Assembly (NCBI GenBank): GCA_043803945.1
Contig: JAZDJN010000054.1
Span: forward strand, 108,945-172,944
DNA: 64,000 nt
Source of the DNA: a bacterium
Lineage (GTDB): Bacteria > Bacteroidota > Ignavibacteria > UBA10030
Direction of reading: 5' to 3'
Position 1 is the first letter of the stretch; each line of letters starts with the position of its first letter. The translations under genes were made by a program, and so were the position numbers. The notes under the pieces are model-generated. The model did not search any database, was not told where the DNA came from, and worked only from the letters and a program-made list of their open reading frames with translations. Below are positions 64,000 through 64,000 of the stretch, piece after piece.

Positions 64000-64000
64000 T

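Overview
A bacterial chromosomal segment with dense housekeeping content (alaS, icd, hslVU, rpoN, dprA, glmM, glyQS, plsY-gpsA-plsY, purB, lat, nadE, groES/EL with a perfect CIRCE, dnaG, cdsA, rimO, rnhB, pncAB, cstA, ftsH, hpt, tilS and one CAU tRNA). The gene set (PorV/PorQ, DUF3109, DUF3276, GWxTD, alpha2-type GlyRS), together with TTGACA-type promoters and Shine-Dalgarno sites, suggests an Ignavibacteria-like member of the FCB group; this is inference. I found no CRISPR array, prophage or transposase. Main observations: (1) several intergenic gaps hold nested palindromic micro-elements. Seven 19-36 bp 'CCTG foot + covarying hairpin' units sit, without target duplication, inside the stems of other repeats, up to four levels deep, and some are enclosed in TIR shells. 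(2) A tandem ECF sigma/anti-sigma island encodes a 12-repeat beta-solenoid and an exported HEAT protein, and both units share a CAACC-N16/17-GTCTAA promoter. (3) Genes resembling archaeal ether-lipid enzymes (DGGGP synthase-like UbiA, ferredoxin plus DGGR-like reductase, polyprenol kinase-like) lie near the normal ester-lipid genes. (4) Two single-base homopolymer frameshifts (hslV and the UbiA gene) are most likely assembly errors. All family assignments come from recognising motifs by eye; no database searches were run.
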